NCBI RefSeq assembly: GCF_963676685.1
Contig: NC_092348.1
Span: 35,030,001-35,094,000, forward strand
Direction of reading: 5' to 3'
Origin: Mytilus edulis
Lineage: Eukaryota
DNA: 64,000 nt
Positions within the stretch are counted from its first letter, which is position 1. The number at the start of each line of letters is the position of its first letter. The notes below the pieces were generated by a model, which saw nothing but the letters and a program-made list of their open reading frames with translations, searched no databases and had not been told where the DNA came from. Shown here piece after piece: positions 1 through 12,300 of the stretch. The position numbers were made by a program, and so were the translations under genes.

Positions 1-623
1 GAAATGGCAATAGTCTATAAATAAAAGAGAAACAGGCCTTATCTTTTTTAATTTCAATTTTTGTTAAATAAATCTTATTAGAATAATTGAAATTGTGCAG
101 TTACATATACTGTGACATCTGACATTTTCATTAATATCTATCAAATGATTTGCATTTAAAAAGCAGCAATTAATTTTTTTAGAAAACTGGTAGCATACCT
201 ATTTTCTATCTTTAAAGAAGCACTTAATTCATTAAAAAACGAGTAGACATTTTTCATACTCTTATTCTTCAAGTTTTTATTTCAGTAATTATGCATAGTG
301 TAAACACATTTGTAATTCAAATTAAGAATATTGAAATGATACTTTTGTACTGTTGAAATAAATTTTCAATATACAATACTTAAAATTGGGGTCAGGATTA
401 ATAATATATTTAACAATTATCTTCAGGTTCAAAGATGTTTTAAGTCTGAACTAAAGCAAGAATGTGTACTACTGCCATTGTCATGAGTGGTCCTTAACTT
501 TCCATGAAATATTTTGTGAACTTTACATAATAAATATTCACCTATCAAAATATGTTTTTTTTCACAATTCAATGTTTGTAATACTCCTTCCCTACTTGTG
601 TACAGCTGAACAGATTAACATAC

Positions 624-3600
624 CTTTTCAAATACTGATTCTACAGTAGTATCTGGCTTAGTGTCACTTTCTTCTACCTCCATTGCTGAAGAGCTCCTAA
701 AATCATTTTTTTTTTTAGAAAATAACATATATATCATGTATATTGGATAAGTATAAAATTTGTTGCAACTTGTCATGATTTCGATAGCATCTTTTTTAGT
801 ATTTTCTCATTCTGATTAAAAGGAACTTAAATCATTCAAAACAACTATCAGTGGATGTCTTTGGTTAATGTCGGTCATATTTGTTTTTTCGTAAATTGTT
901 TTAAAATAGGCTGTTAGTTTTCTCGTTTGGATTATTTTACATTTTTCATGTCTGAGACTTTTTTAGTTGACTATAAAGAATGTTTTTTTACAATGTTGAA
1001 GTCCTTTAATTGATTATATTTACTTCATTTGAGTTTTGGTGGACAGTTGTCTCATTGGCAATCATAACATATCTCCATATTTTTATACTGATTCAAAACC
1101 TAGAACATATATATATAATATATATTTCTGTTTAATCTTCTCCTGGTTCATCAAAATAATTGTAGAAATTTTGTCACAGGTAATATAAAAGGTGTATTAG
1201 AAATTTCTTCTCCAAAAAATTGGGTTGAAAATATGAAGAACTATCATATGTTTTACAGATCAGATTTTTATCTGAAAAGTTCACTTTTGATGCTAAGTGG
1301 GTAAAATAAATACAAGCTGCAGCTCTTATGCCTATAGGTCATGATATCAAAGAATTCTTACTCGTCTTCCTTTACTTCCTCGTCCTGTGTTGATGTTGTT
1401 GACACAGCTTCCTCAACTTCCATTTTTGAAGGTATCTGAATCTGCAACAATAAATTATATGCTTCAAAAAATAAAAGACAAGTTCTTTCCAAACAGATTG
1501 TTGTTTATTAGGGTTATTGACAGGTGTTATATACTTGTTCCTTACCATAGCAATCAGTTTTATTATTAGGAGGCAATATTATGGGCAATCCCACAGGTAA
1601 AACTTAATTTTTTCTCAAGACTTCAATTTTTCCCCAAGATACTTACGAATGATAAAATACTGATTGACTTTTCTATTAGATAATTTTTTTAATAGTCTCC
1701 TTCTAACCCAAAACAGAAACTAACAACTGGTTGAAAGCTAAACTTTACAACTAAAGATGTGTTGGTGTTGTACATGTTTGTCCTTCAAGCTACGATTTTA
1801 ATAAATATTGAATCTGATATCTTTATAAATTTCAGATACAGTATAAGAACACTTATTGGCACGGATAAATACAAACTGTACGTAAAAATATTAACCTTTT
1901 CAGGCACTGGTGATGGTGACCTTGACTTGGAACTTGATGATCTGGATCTTCTTTTGGATGGTGGTGATCTTGACCTTGATGATGATCTATTACCTGGTGA
2001 TTTTGACCTAGATTTTCTTGGCAATTTTGGTTGGGTTGCTGCCCCTCTTGTTGGTGACTTAGATCTAGACTTTGACCTTGAACTTGAACTAGAAAAAAAG
2101 TAAAATAATAACTGATAGATTTATTTTTTCTGGAATTTTTGCATGTGGTTTGAAAGCCTACGAATATATTACAGAATATTCTTAGCATTAAAAAACATAG
2201 AAGTTGTAATTGCTCCAAACATTAAATACCATTAATCAATAACACCTCTTCATCTAGCTAAACAATTTTTCTGTTACCTTGAAGATGACCTAGATTTCCT
2301 TTTCGGTGGTGATCTTGACCTACTGCTGCTGCTGCTACTACTACTAGATGCCCTTGACCTTCTTGGTTTCTTTGACTTTTCCCTGTCACTACTGCCACTT
2401 TCAGATCGGCGACGCCCACTGGTCTTTTCCCTCTCCCTGCTGCCTTCATCTGATTTCTCAGCGGACATACTTCTTTCTTGTCTTTTCTTATCTTCAGGAG
2501 ATTTTGACCTTGACTTAACAGGTTCTGCAAAAATGAGTCATTATATCTGCTTTTAATACAAATAACAATGAAGTAAGATTTTCAATATACATCAATTAGA
2601 TAGCAAATCAACCAAAAACATTATTGTGTTAAAGGTTAACCCAGAAAAGTGCTTCAGCTACAGGAAATTTATAAGCTGTTGATTTCAATTAAAGGACTTA
2701 TGTTAGTATTGTGTAATTGACTAATAATTCCTATTTCATTTATAATGCAGCTTATACAGGGGTTATCTTGTTCAATTAAAAACAAGGATTTCCCTTGTAA
2801 TCCAATTAATATGTTCATATTAATACAAAACCATAATGCAAACAGTTAATAAATGCATTCTTAATAAATGTTTTTGTCTTCTAACCTTTAATCATGCAAA
2901 ATTCTAAAAGAAACAACTTAAGTTTATTATAAATATTTTAGAAATTACAAAACCGAATGTGTTTAAAATGGTTTGCATATATATTATATCAGAGTTTATT
3001 ACCCATCACCAATATTTTATATCAATTGAAATCATTACCATTTGAAGTTTCCTTTGATTCTTCAATACATATATTTTTGATTTCTGTTTTAATTTCACCT
3101 TTGCTTTTTTCTACTATTTTGGAATCCTCTGTTTTAGGTTGATCTGTATCAACAGCTTTTAAACTGATACTTGAATCCTTAGGTGTGCCTGATTCTGCAA
3201 CTTTTTCAGTTATACCTGAATCTTTGATTTCTTCAGCAACCTTGACTTTGTCTGTGATCTTATCTTCCTCAGCAACCTTGACCTTGTCTGTAACTTTATC
3301 TTCCTCAGGAACCTTGACCTTGTCTGTTACGTTTTCTTCTTCAGCAACCTTGACCTTGTCTGTAACCTTATCTTCCTCAGGAACCTTGACCTTGTCTGTT
3401 ACTTTATCTTCCTCAGGAACCTTGTCCTTGTCTGTGACTTTATCTTCCTCAGCAACATCGACCTTCTCTGAGACTTTTTCTTCAGCAACCTTGACATTGT
3501 CTGAGACCTCATCTTCCTCAGGTACCTTGACCTTCTCTGTGGTCTTATCCTCTTCTGTAGACTTTTCTACAATCTTAGCTGCTTGCTCGTCTGGTTGTGT

Positions 3601-6600
3601 TGCTTCTTCCTGTGGAACAGGACCATCTCTAGACTTTCTCCATCCTCTTTTAGGCCTTGGTTGAATTGGAGACGTCACCTCTGTCTGTGCTGTTTCCTCT
3701 GTATTGCTGTGGGTACTTGACCTTCTCCTTGAGGCCCTGGAATCACCAGCACCATCTTCTGAAGTTTTCTGAGAAAAAAAATATCTTACTCATACTTATA
3801 TGGTCACAATATGGGGCTTATTATTTTACCTAAAACAGACAATTGTAGCAAATGTTATGGTTACTATATGATGTTTCTATTTCTAAATGAATGTTTACTA
3901 CTGCATTGCTATCTCCCTTTCTTTGCAAATATAATGCATCAGTTGTTATCTGAATGAATATACTTAGTTAATTATTTTATTGAGAAAAATATTTACAATT
4001 CATCTCCCTCATTTTTTTCTAGCTTACTTTACAGTATAGGTTTTGCTCATTGTTGAATGCTGTAAAGTAACCTGTCTTTGTTACATCCTTGTTCATTGGT
4101 CTCTGGTAAACATTTGTCTCATTGGCAATCATATCAAATCTTATTTTTATATAACAAGACAAACAAAGTTTATACCAGCAAGCAATGATAGTCATGATTT
4201 AAAATATACTTGTCTCATTATGTCATTTTGCTTAATTAAAACATGTATAACACAAATAGGAGAAAAGTAAAGCCTCCTCCTAATACACATTGGCTCGCAG
4301 TAATTTATATCATGTTTTTTTCCTGAAGCTCACTAAGAATTGAAATTTAAATTCCTGACAAAACTCAGAAAAACAAAATTTTAGTCTCTGGTCTAACTGT
4401 GCAAACCATTCAAATTCAAATTTCAATGGCTACAGATTTTTAAAGAAAATATGCACAATGTGCAAGGCCTATGATCTCTACACTAAGTGCTCAACTTCAT
4501 ATGTTGAATTGCTTTTTTAAGAAACTATCATTTATATAGAATTTGTGTTTTATATTTTTTAAGGTCATTTTATCCCCTTTGAAATGATGACCTGGGGTCT
4601 TTTTGTTGATGATATTTATAAGTTCTTCTATTGATTTATAAATTCTAGCACTCAGTAAAGTTATAACAGTCATGGGCATATGAACAGATGTTGTAGGTTA
4701 TATCACCTTGAATTTGTCTACGGTGCTAACCAATTACAGTAACATTTGTGTAAGGTACAAAAGATTAGCTTTCACCATGACATCACAAGTTTTGACATGA
4801 TAAAAATACCTTTTCTCTTCAATAGACAATATCGAACAGTATCAACCACTTTGTCATTATGCATAAAATACAGTTGTAAAGTGTTAAAACCAAAGGAAGA
4901 GAATATTGCTGGTTTCGCTCTATAATAAGATACCTTTTGTTCTGGAGTTTTTCTAGCAGAAAGATCTGGTTTGTCTTTTTTGGTTGGACTTTGACATTCT
5001 TCTGATGCACTTTCATCTGTAAAATGCAACACAATTACTTAAATTACTAGTAAGAAATTAATTTACATTCTGTCATAACATTCAGTAAGGATTGGCTATT
5101 TGAATTGCATTTGTTTTCTTTCAGATTTTTGAAGTATTTTCTCATAACTGAGTTACTTATCTATTGAATTGTTGTACAATATTATTGAAGAAATTGATTT
5201 TTTGTTCTTTTCATACCTGATAATGAAAAATCTATGACATTTGTCGAGAAGGACAAGTTGGATAAAATATTTATTACAAACACAGTCTTTTAATCTCTAA
5301 TCTTACCTGAAAATCTTCTTATTTCTTCCTGTCTGTCTGCTAGTAACTTTTTCTGTTTTTCCAAATACAATTTAATAACATCACTCTTTTCTGATTCCTG
5401 TGAAATATATAAAGAGATATTTATTTTTTTGTGTATTAATAGTCTATAGTTTTTGTTTCGGGGCCAGTTGAAGAACGCCTCCAGCTTTGGGAATTAACAG
5501 CTGCATTGAAGACCCATTGGTGGTCTTCTGCTGTTATCTGCTCTTTGGTCAGGTTGTTCAGGGGTTGACACTAACTTTTGTAGGTGCATATTCAATTAGC
5601 CCTGTTCTGTGTCAGGTAGCCCGGTGAGTGGGCCAACGGCCCACGAGTGAGCTGGCCGTAGGCCAGCGAACTTGCTAGGGGGGTCTGAGGGCATGCCCCC
5701 CATAAATTTTTTGAAATTTAGATGCAAAATCCTGCATTCTGAGGCATTCTGAGGCCTTTTAAGAAGATGTTTTTAGTCTGAAAAATAACTATTCATACTT
5801 GTTTATATCTTCATAAAAAAAAAAAAAATTAAAAAAAAATTAACATGAAAAAAATCTAACGGCAGGAATTTGATGGATATTTTTCATAGTCATGTCCAAA
5901 TTGCATTAAAAGTCTTGTCTAATACCAAATAATTTAATTTACAAAAATTAATAAGACTAGATAGACATTTGTTTTTAAATATATAGTAGGAATCAATGAA
6001 TTGTTTTAACATTTTTTTTATTGTCATTTTTTAACAAGAGGTCTCATTAACCCCAAGATTGCATCCACTCTCGTTATGGAATAGGTACAATACCTCTTTC
6101 AGTTTGTCTTTATGAATAACAAGTTTGAATGTTTTCTCCAGTGTTTTTTTTTTTGTCAACATGTATAAAACATTTCATTGTTTTTAATTACAAATTGCTT
6201 GGCCTGCCTTCTAAATGATCTTCTTTCATTATTATAATATCAAACTCTAGAGGGTATTGACCATCACACAAAAAGTCATATAGCTGTTTATATTCACCAA
6301 TTTCCATTTTTGTTTACATCTCTGTTGTCCTGATTTAAATTTCAATTTAAAAATGTGTTATTCTGTCCCGTGAACGAAATTTCACAGAAGACACAATTTC
6401 ATGGGACACTTTTTTGGCTTACAAAAAACTCATCAACTAAAATAATCAAATTAAAACGATGTTTTTGTTTAATTTTATTTACATAAATAAGTTGACTTGT
6501 CCCCTATTTTACTTTTGGTTTCTGATGCTGAGTCATGTTCCAACTGATTTGTCTCATGACGAGTATTAACCCTGTTCTTGTTAATGCATTATGACATGCA

Positions 6601-9129
6601 TACATCCCGGTACGTGCAATGGACGCTTTCTGATACCAATGCCTTAGTCTTGTTATCATCATCACCCCTCAGCTCTCAAAAAGAAGCTAATCACATTTAA
6701 TATTATTACCGGAAATTTACTTTCGTTTCAGTCCATTGCAACTGTAATGATAAATCCCGAGCAATACGAAAAGAATTATGACGACATGACAAACGCTAAT
6801 TCTATAAAGACAGAGAAGATCGAAAAGTTTTCATCACCACGTGTACCTTTGGAGTAAAGGAAAATTTCAACAGGGAACCTTTCAATGCTCTATTTTAAGA
6901 ACGAAAGGGCATTTCCAATTTAAACTATTTACACGACGACTATGTAATAGATAAGGCTAAACTATGCACACGATTTATCAGGATCTCTGATGTGATTATT
7001 AATAAAATATAATAAAACCAAAATGTATATGCTGTATAATTAATGTTTATTTCAAAACGGATTATCTTGAAACGTGGTGCATTCTTACTTTATGGGCCGA
7101 GTAATCTTAGGCCGAGTTGACTATATATAGCGACTGGTTTACGGTAGAAAATTTACCCTCCAGTATCTGTATCTGTATGTAAATAAAGAGGTCATGGAAC
7201 CAGTGTAGACAAAATTCGACGAAGTTGTCAGATATGACCGGCGTTTGGACTGTATTTGCCGAAAGTACAACAGATTGATGTTCAATGACAAATAAATTTA
7301 CTAGCCCCTCGGGCTACCGCGCCACGGACATTTACTAGCCCCACACAAAAGTAACTAGTCTCGGGCTGTCGAACCCTGTTGTTGTCTTTTTCACACATTC
7401 CCCATTTCAATTTTCTATTTTATGAATTTTTTTTAAATGTCATATATATAATGGTTATTAATTAAAATGTGCAATCTCCCCATCCATGTTTGACTCAACA
7501 CCAACTTCAAGTCAAGAAAATTATTTTTAACTAAATCATGTTAAGAGTATTCCATAAAAAGATGATTGGAATCAGTTTGTGCAAATCAACATACATAATT
7601 TGTTATATTTCTGATATTACAGTTTTGTAGTTTTCATCTATATTTGATAATGAGAAAAGATGAACGTGTTTAGTCAGTTCGTTTGTTGATAATCATTTGT
7701 TTTTTGCAGTTATTGTTGTGTCTATGATTGAAAGATAGATCTGTTTCCACAAGATGACTTTGCGTGAAATAAATGAAAAAGTATGTTTGGATTTTCTCTA
7801 TATTTTAGCTCTATCCTTCAGACTTGTACTGAATTTGTTGATAATTGTTTTAATGATTATTAGAATTAATCCATTCACATCCACAACCATTAATTTCAAG
7901 GCAATAATAAGATATGAAGAATAAGTCCTTATGGTAACAGTAAACTTGTAGTTTTATTGGAGTACTGATTTTTCTTACCACTGCATTTATTGGCTCATTA
8001 TCATCTTGATCTAGAAAGAAAGAAAACAATACTTAAACAATATAATACATGTGGCATTCAACAAAATATAAATATACAATAAGAATCTGGATTTATTTCT
8101 GAGATTCTTATCATTGTACTGTCTTTTTCTAGAGGTTTCATTCCAGGACCTTTTTAGCTTTTTATTTGTACATGGCAAAATTTATGAACACTGTATGGTG
8201 ATATTTAGTTTTTTTACACCCTTTCCTGTGATGGACTGTTTTCTGATTGGAATCATCTAGTTATCTTTATTTTGGATAATACATTTGATGATCCATCTCA
8301 CTACATATTGTACATGTTATATGAGTATTGATTTGTGTAAAAGTAATAATCTAATTGTTGCTAATTGGTTCTGGTAAAAAAAAGTTTAATCAATGGAGTA
8401 AAATTTACATAATATACTGTATAAATCTCCTAATTCAAGCTGCCAGAAAGTTATTCTAAATGTTCTTTTGTATGCAAATAAAGAAAAGTCATTACAAACA
8501 ATCATTCTACCAGTTACTTACTTTCAGGATTTTCATCTGTCTCCTGTTCTTCTCGTAGGAACTGAAATAAACGAAGACAAATGAGCATGGTAGTAAACCA
8601 TATTATAAAGTGATTGTCACAAGTTCTAAAACCAAGAAAAAAACAACAGAATCAAGCCGACATTGTTAGTGCTTTGACTTTCTTTAAAAGAGATATTTAT
8701 TGTTTTTTTTTCCATTTTTTAGTCTATAATTTAAGAATTATCTCCCTTGGGTAACAATTTTGGCTTCGACTACAATTATTACTGACATTTTAAACTGTAC
8801 TTTAACAAGGTAAAAGTGTGACAGATATAGAATGATGAACATAGCTTTTTGAAATACCAAAAACTACAGGCTAGCCGCTACAGCAAATTATATTTTGATT
8901 TTTTTAATATTTTGTTTGAATCACTTTGATACACCTGATACATTTTTCAGATGCTATATTCATACGGTTTATTTTGCATTACCGTTCTGAGTCTCTCTAC
9001 AATATCTTCCTTTTTTCCACTCTTAGAAAGACCCCTTTTATCACATTCTTTCTTCAAATCTACCACGCGATAGTCATTTATGTCTTTTCCCCTTAAAGTC
9101 GGAGCATCAGTGTCCGCCATTGTTGACAT
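624..9129 (-). CDS. ACIN1: Acinus (apoptotic chromatin condensation inducer / ASAP complex subunit), 5' portion, 10 coding exons; continues beyond the left edge
   Basis: GT-AG exons that join in frame: 9129-8983, 8561-8522, 8010-7979, 5397-5307, 5016-4934, 3768-3039, 2524-2278, 2088-1896, 1441-1362, 696-624. N-terminal SAP domain (YRVVDLKKECDKRGLSKSGKKEDIVERLR). Exon 4 SDVIKLYLEKQKKLL resembles vertebrate Acinus FIKQYLEKQQELL. An acidic region and RS-rich exons follow. The start may be ATG 9129 or 9120. Confidence 0.88.
3229..3535 (-). repeat. Coding 36-bp (12-aa) tandem repeat KVKV(P/A)EEDKVTD in ACIN1 exon 6, about 9 copies
   Basis: Directly visible in the 3022..3678 ORF and as repeated tcttcctcag(c/g)aaccttgaccttgtctgt units. 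Confidence 0.9.
5559..7378. mobile_element. Non-autonomous hAT-like DNA transposon with 5-bp TSD (TTGTT), inserted into a high-copy repeat in ACIN1 intron 3
   Basis: Termini CAGGGGTTGACA ... TGTCGAACCCTG. TTGTT at 5554-5558 and 7379-7383. Removing the element and one TSD restores the ggttgttgtc of the intact repeat copies at 13008 and 15834. Confidence 0.75.
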
Positions 9130-9388
9130 GTGCTGTCGTTGATTTCCGTAATAGTGAAAATTACTGTTATTTTTTATTCATTATAAGTTTCAATTAAATT
9201 AAATAAAGTAAAAACACAGTGAATTCTTTATACAATTGTGCCTACTTAGAAAAAAATACTACATTTAAATTTCTTTTGTCTGTCGATAGTTTCCGTATCC
9301 CGGAAGTGACAAAAAGCTGTCTGCAAAATAAATGAAGCTGCAGGTGCCCTAAAACAATAATCTGTTTAAATACAAACGAATATTGAGG
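9130..9388. promoter_or_regulatory. Bidirectional promoter region between ACIN1 and VPS9D1 with an ETS/GABPA-type site
   Basis: Divergent start codons at 9129 (-) and 9389 (+); CCGGAAGTG at 9300-9308. Confidence 0.65.
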
Positions 9389-12300
9389 ATGACAGCTGTA
9401 AATACGACAATCACAACAGTGATGAGAACAGTAGCAGATGCGTTAAAGCTAGATGGAGACGGAAAAGTTCAAGTATATATGATAACTGTGAAGTTTGTGA
9501 TCATTTCCAAAGTTCAATTAGTAATCACAAACCAACTGTTGAACAGTTGAATGATTTATGAGGAAACATGTACATTGAATTTACAAAATTTAAAGTTTCT
9601 TTAAATTTCTGCCATGCTCTGTCAGTTTCAACTTGCCCCTGTTACTGCTGACACAGTCTAGACTATGCCATTCAAACCTTATGGCTTCAACAATAATAGT
9701 GGACATGGTGGAATATTACATATTCTGTTACACTTGACCATCATGACCATTGGCCTCATACAACAGCCAAAACTTCTTTGTGTCATCAGACATCTTGTCT
9801 TGTTACTTGAAAATTCTAAAGTCATATGAAACAAATTTCTGGTGATTTAGCATAAAGGTTTAGGAAAAGTGAAACCACAAAAATGCTGAACTTCGTGGGG
9901 ATTGTAGAGTGGTCAGTGGTCCAGACATACTTTTGATACAATTATCTCTGTGATAACATCTTACATTAATTTGTATGATCTTTTACAATAGATAAATCAG
10001 CTGTCAGATCTGTAACAATTCCATCTTCATGCCTTTTATATCATGTACTGTGTTACGACGCTAGATTAAAACTGACAAGGAAAGGTAACACCATGCCACC
10101 AAAAGCTTTATTATTTGTAGAGCCTAGGTGGTTGTGTGGTCTAGCCCTTATGGCATAGTGCAAGGCAAATTTGGTGCCACAATATCTCAGTGGCATGAAT
10201 TTCGAAATCCTGGCAAGGGAAGATAAAAAAAATTGTGAAAGTTAAATTTACAGATCTAACATTATTGGGCTGATGTTAAGAAGAGTTATACATACTTATA
10301 CATAAACATTTATATATTCATCATGTTCATTTAAAAGTATCAATGATTTTTTTTTAGGAATCATATATGAAGTATTTAGAATGTGTTTTGAGAATTAGTA
10401 CAAAGTTGCTACAAGATGCTAGACTTGGAGGTAGAGTTGATATATATGATCCCTGTATTCTATTTTATAAACTGTGATATGACAATGTATGATTGTTGAG
10501 TGTTACAGTATGGTTAGCATGAAGGCTTTACTAATATGCCCACCTTAGTCACCTAATCATATGGAAAAGAAGGAATATAATTCATGACATAAGACATTTG
10601 AAAATAAACAAAAGTGCTTTTATAAGTGTCCCTATCTTTAACAGGTCGAGAACTCTAGATTTCCTGACGTCCAAATATATTTGCATAGTAATTTCCAAAA
10701 CACAAGGCCAATACGGCCTTGAAAAACTGACCAATTGACTCAATGAACTACAATGCATTGTGGGCTACTATGAGTCTACACCATTTGAAAACATGTGGAA
10801 TTAGTGGAAAAACTGTCCACTAACATAGTGTCTGGGACTCTGAAAATAAATGTTTTTGGTCTACGAATATGTTTATTGTAAAATATATAACATAATCTTC
10901 AATTTGCATGCTCAGATTAAAAAAATATTGTTTACAGGCTTCATGATTCGACTTTCCTTTTCGCCTTGTAAAAGTAGTTGAACAGGTTTTTTCCATTGTT
11001 ATGCATTGTACTTGTGCAATAATTTCACGGCGTGAAACAGTGAAATTTTAGATGAATTGACCACTGTCTAGTATGAACAATTTTTGAGCTCTTTTAAACC
11101 TGTATAATGTCATTCCAAAAACATTTCTGTGTAGAAAAACATGAAAACTGGCACTGAAACACTTCTATCTGTACTGGATGTGTAAACTTTTTTTTATCAG
11201 GACCTGAACTAAAAGTAAGAGCACCATAATATTCAGTATGCTAGATATAAGTGTTATTAAAGCGGTGACGGTAAATAACTTAACATACATGTACTTTGTA
11301 TAGTTTCATCCATCGATAATGTCTGTCTGTTGCTTATTTAATCCCAAAATATACCTCAGAGGTATTCTTATCGTTTGGCTGCTGTCCAAACGACGTCAAA
11401 ATCTCCAATTATTTAAATCCTCTGGATCATAGTGGGTTCCATATTACCTATAAGTTTTTCTGAAACATGCCGTGCATATAGAACTAAGAAGATGAGGTAT
11501 GAGTGCCAAATGAGACATCTTTCCATCCAAGACACAATCTAGTAAAGTAAGCAACTATTGGTTCAATGTTGAAAAGTAAGCTATAAAGGGACCAAAATTT
11601 ACTTGTGTAAAAGAATGCAATTTTAACAAAACATATCAATGCTTCCACTTTGTCGCACATAAAATGAATAGCATCATTAATGGTTTTAATAAGGTTGGCA
11701 AATGTAAGAGTCCGTTAAAAAAAATCCAATGTTGCTATTAGAAAAAAATTGAACTTTGTAAAGACGAAAAACAAAATGAAACTCAGTTGCTGCTTCACTA
11801 CCTACAGAACAAAAGGAAAAGTTTGAAAGTCCCAAATACTGAAATATGTCAAAAATCAATTATACCTATAGTTTTTGTTAAAACTGTCAGACAAGAATTT
11901 AAAAAGATCTTGTGCAGTTTTAATGAAATATGATGGATCATATAGGTTTTGTGCATGTTCTGTATCGCTAAAATTCTCAATATGGAAATATTACTTAAGT
12001 GTTCTACAGACGTCAGTAAATATTTCATAAGGGAAAACCGAACTTTCTGAAAAATGTTTGTATACAAAAATAAGGAGATGTGGTATGATTGCCAATGGGA
12101 CAACTATACATTTAAGCTCAAATGAAATGGATGTAAGTAGTGATGGGCATCTGTAATGCCTTCAACAATGAGAAACACCCATACCGTATAATTGGTCCCT
12201 ATTCGGCCTATTGATGAATATTCGTTGTTGTTTCTTAAAGACAAAGGAATAAACACATGCTTTTCCTCGATTTAAATTACTTTTTAATCATAAAAGAAGG

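Noticed and set aside
3185-3664. 159-aa Ser/Thr-rich plus-strand ORF (also 1759..2103)
   Set aside because: These are antisense shadows of repetitive ACIN1 exons.
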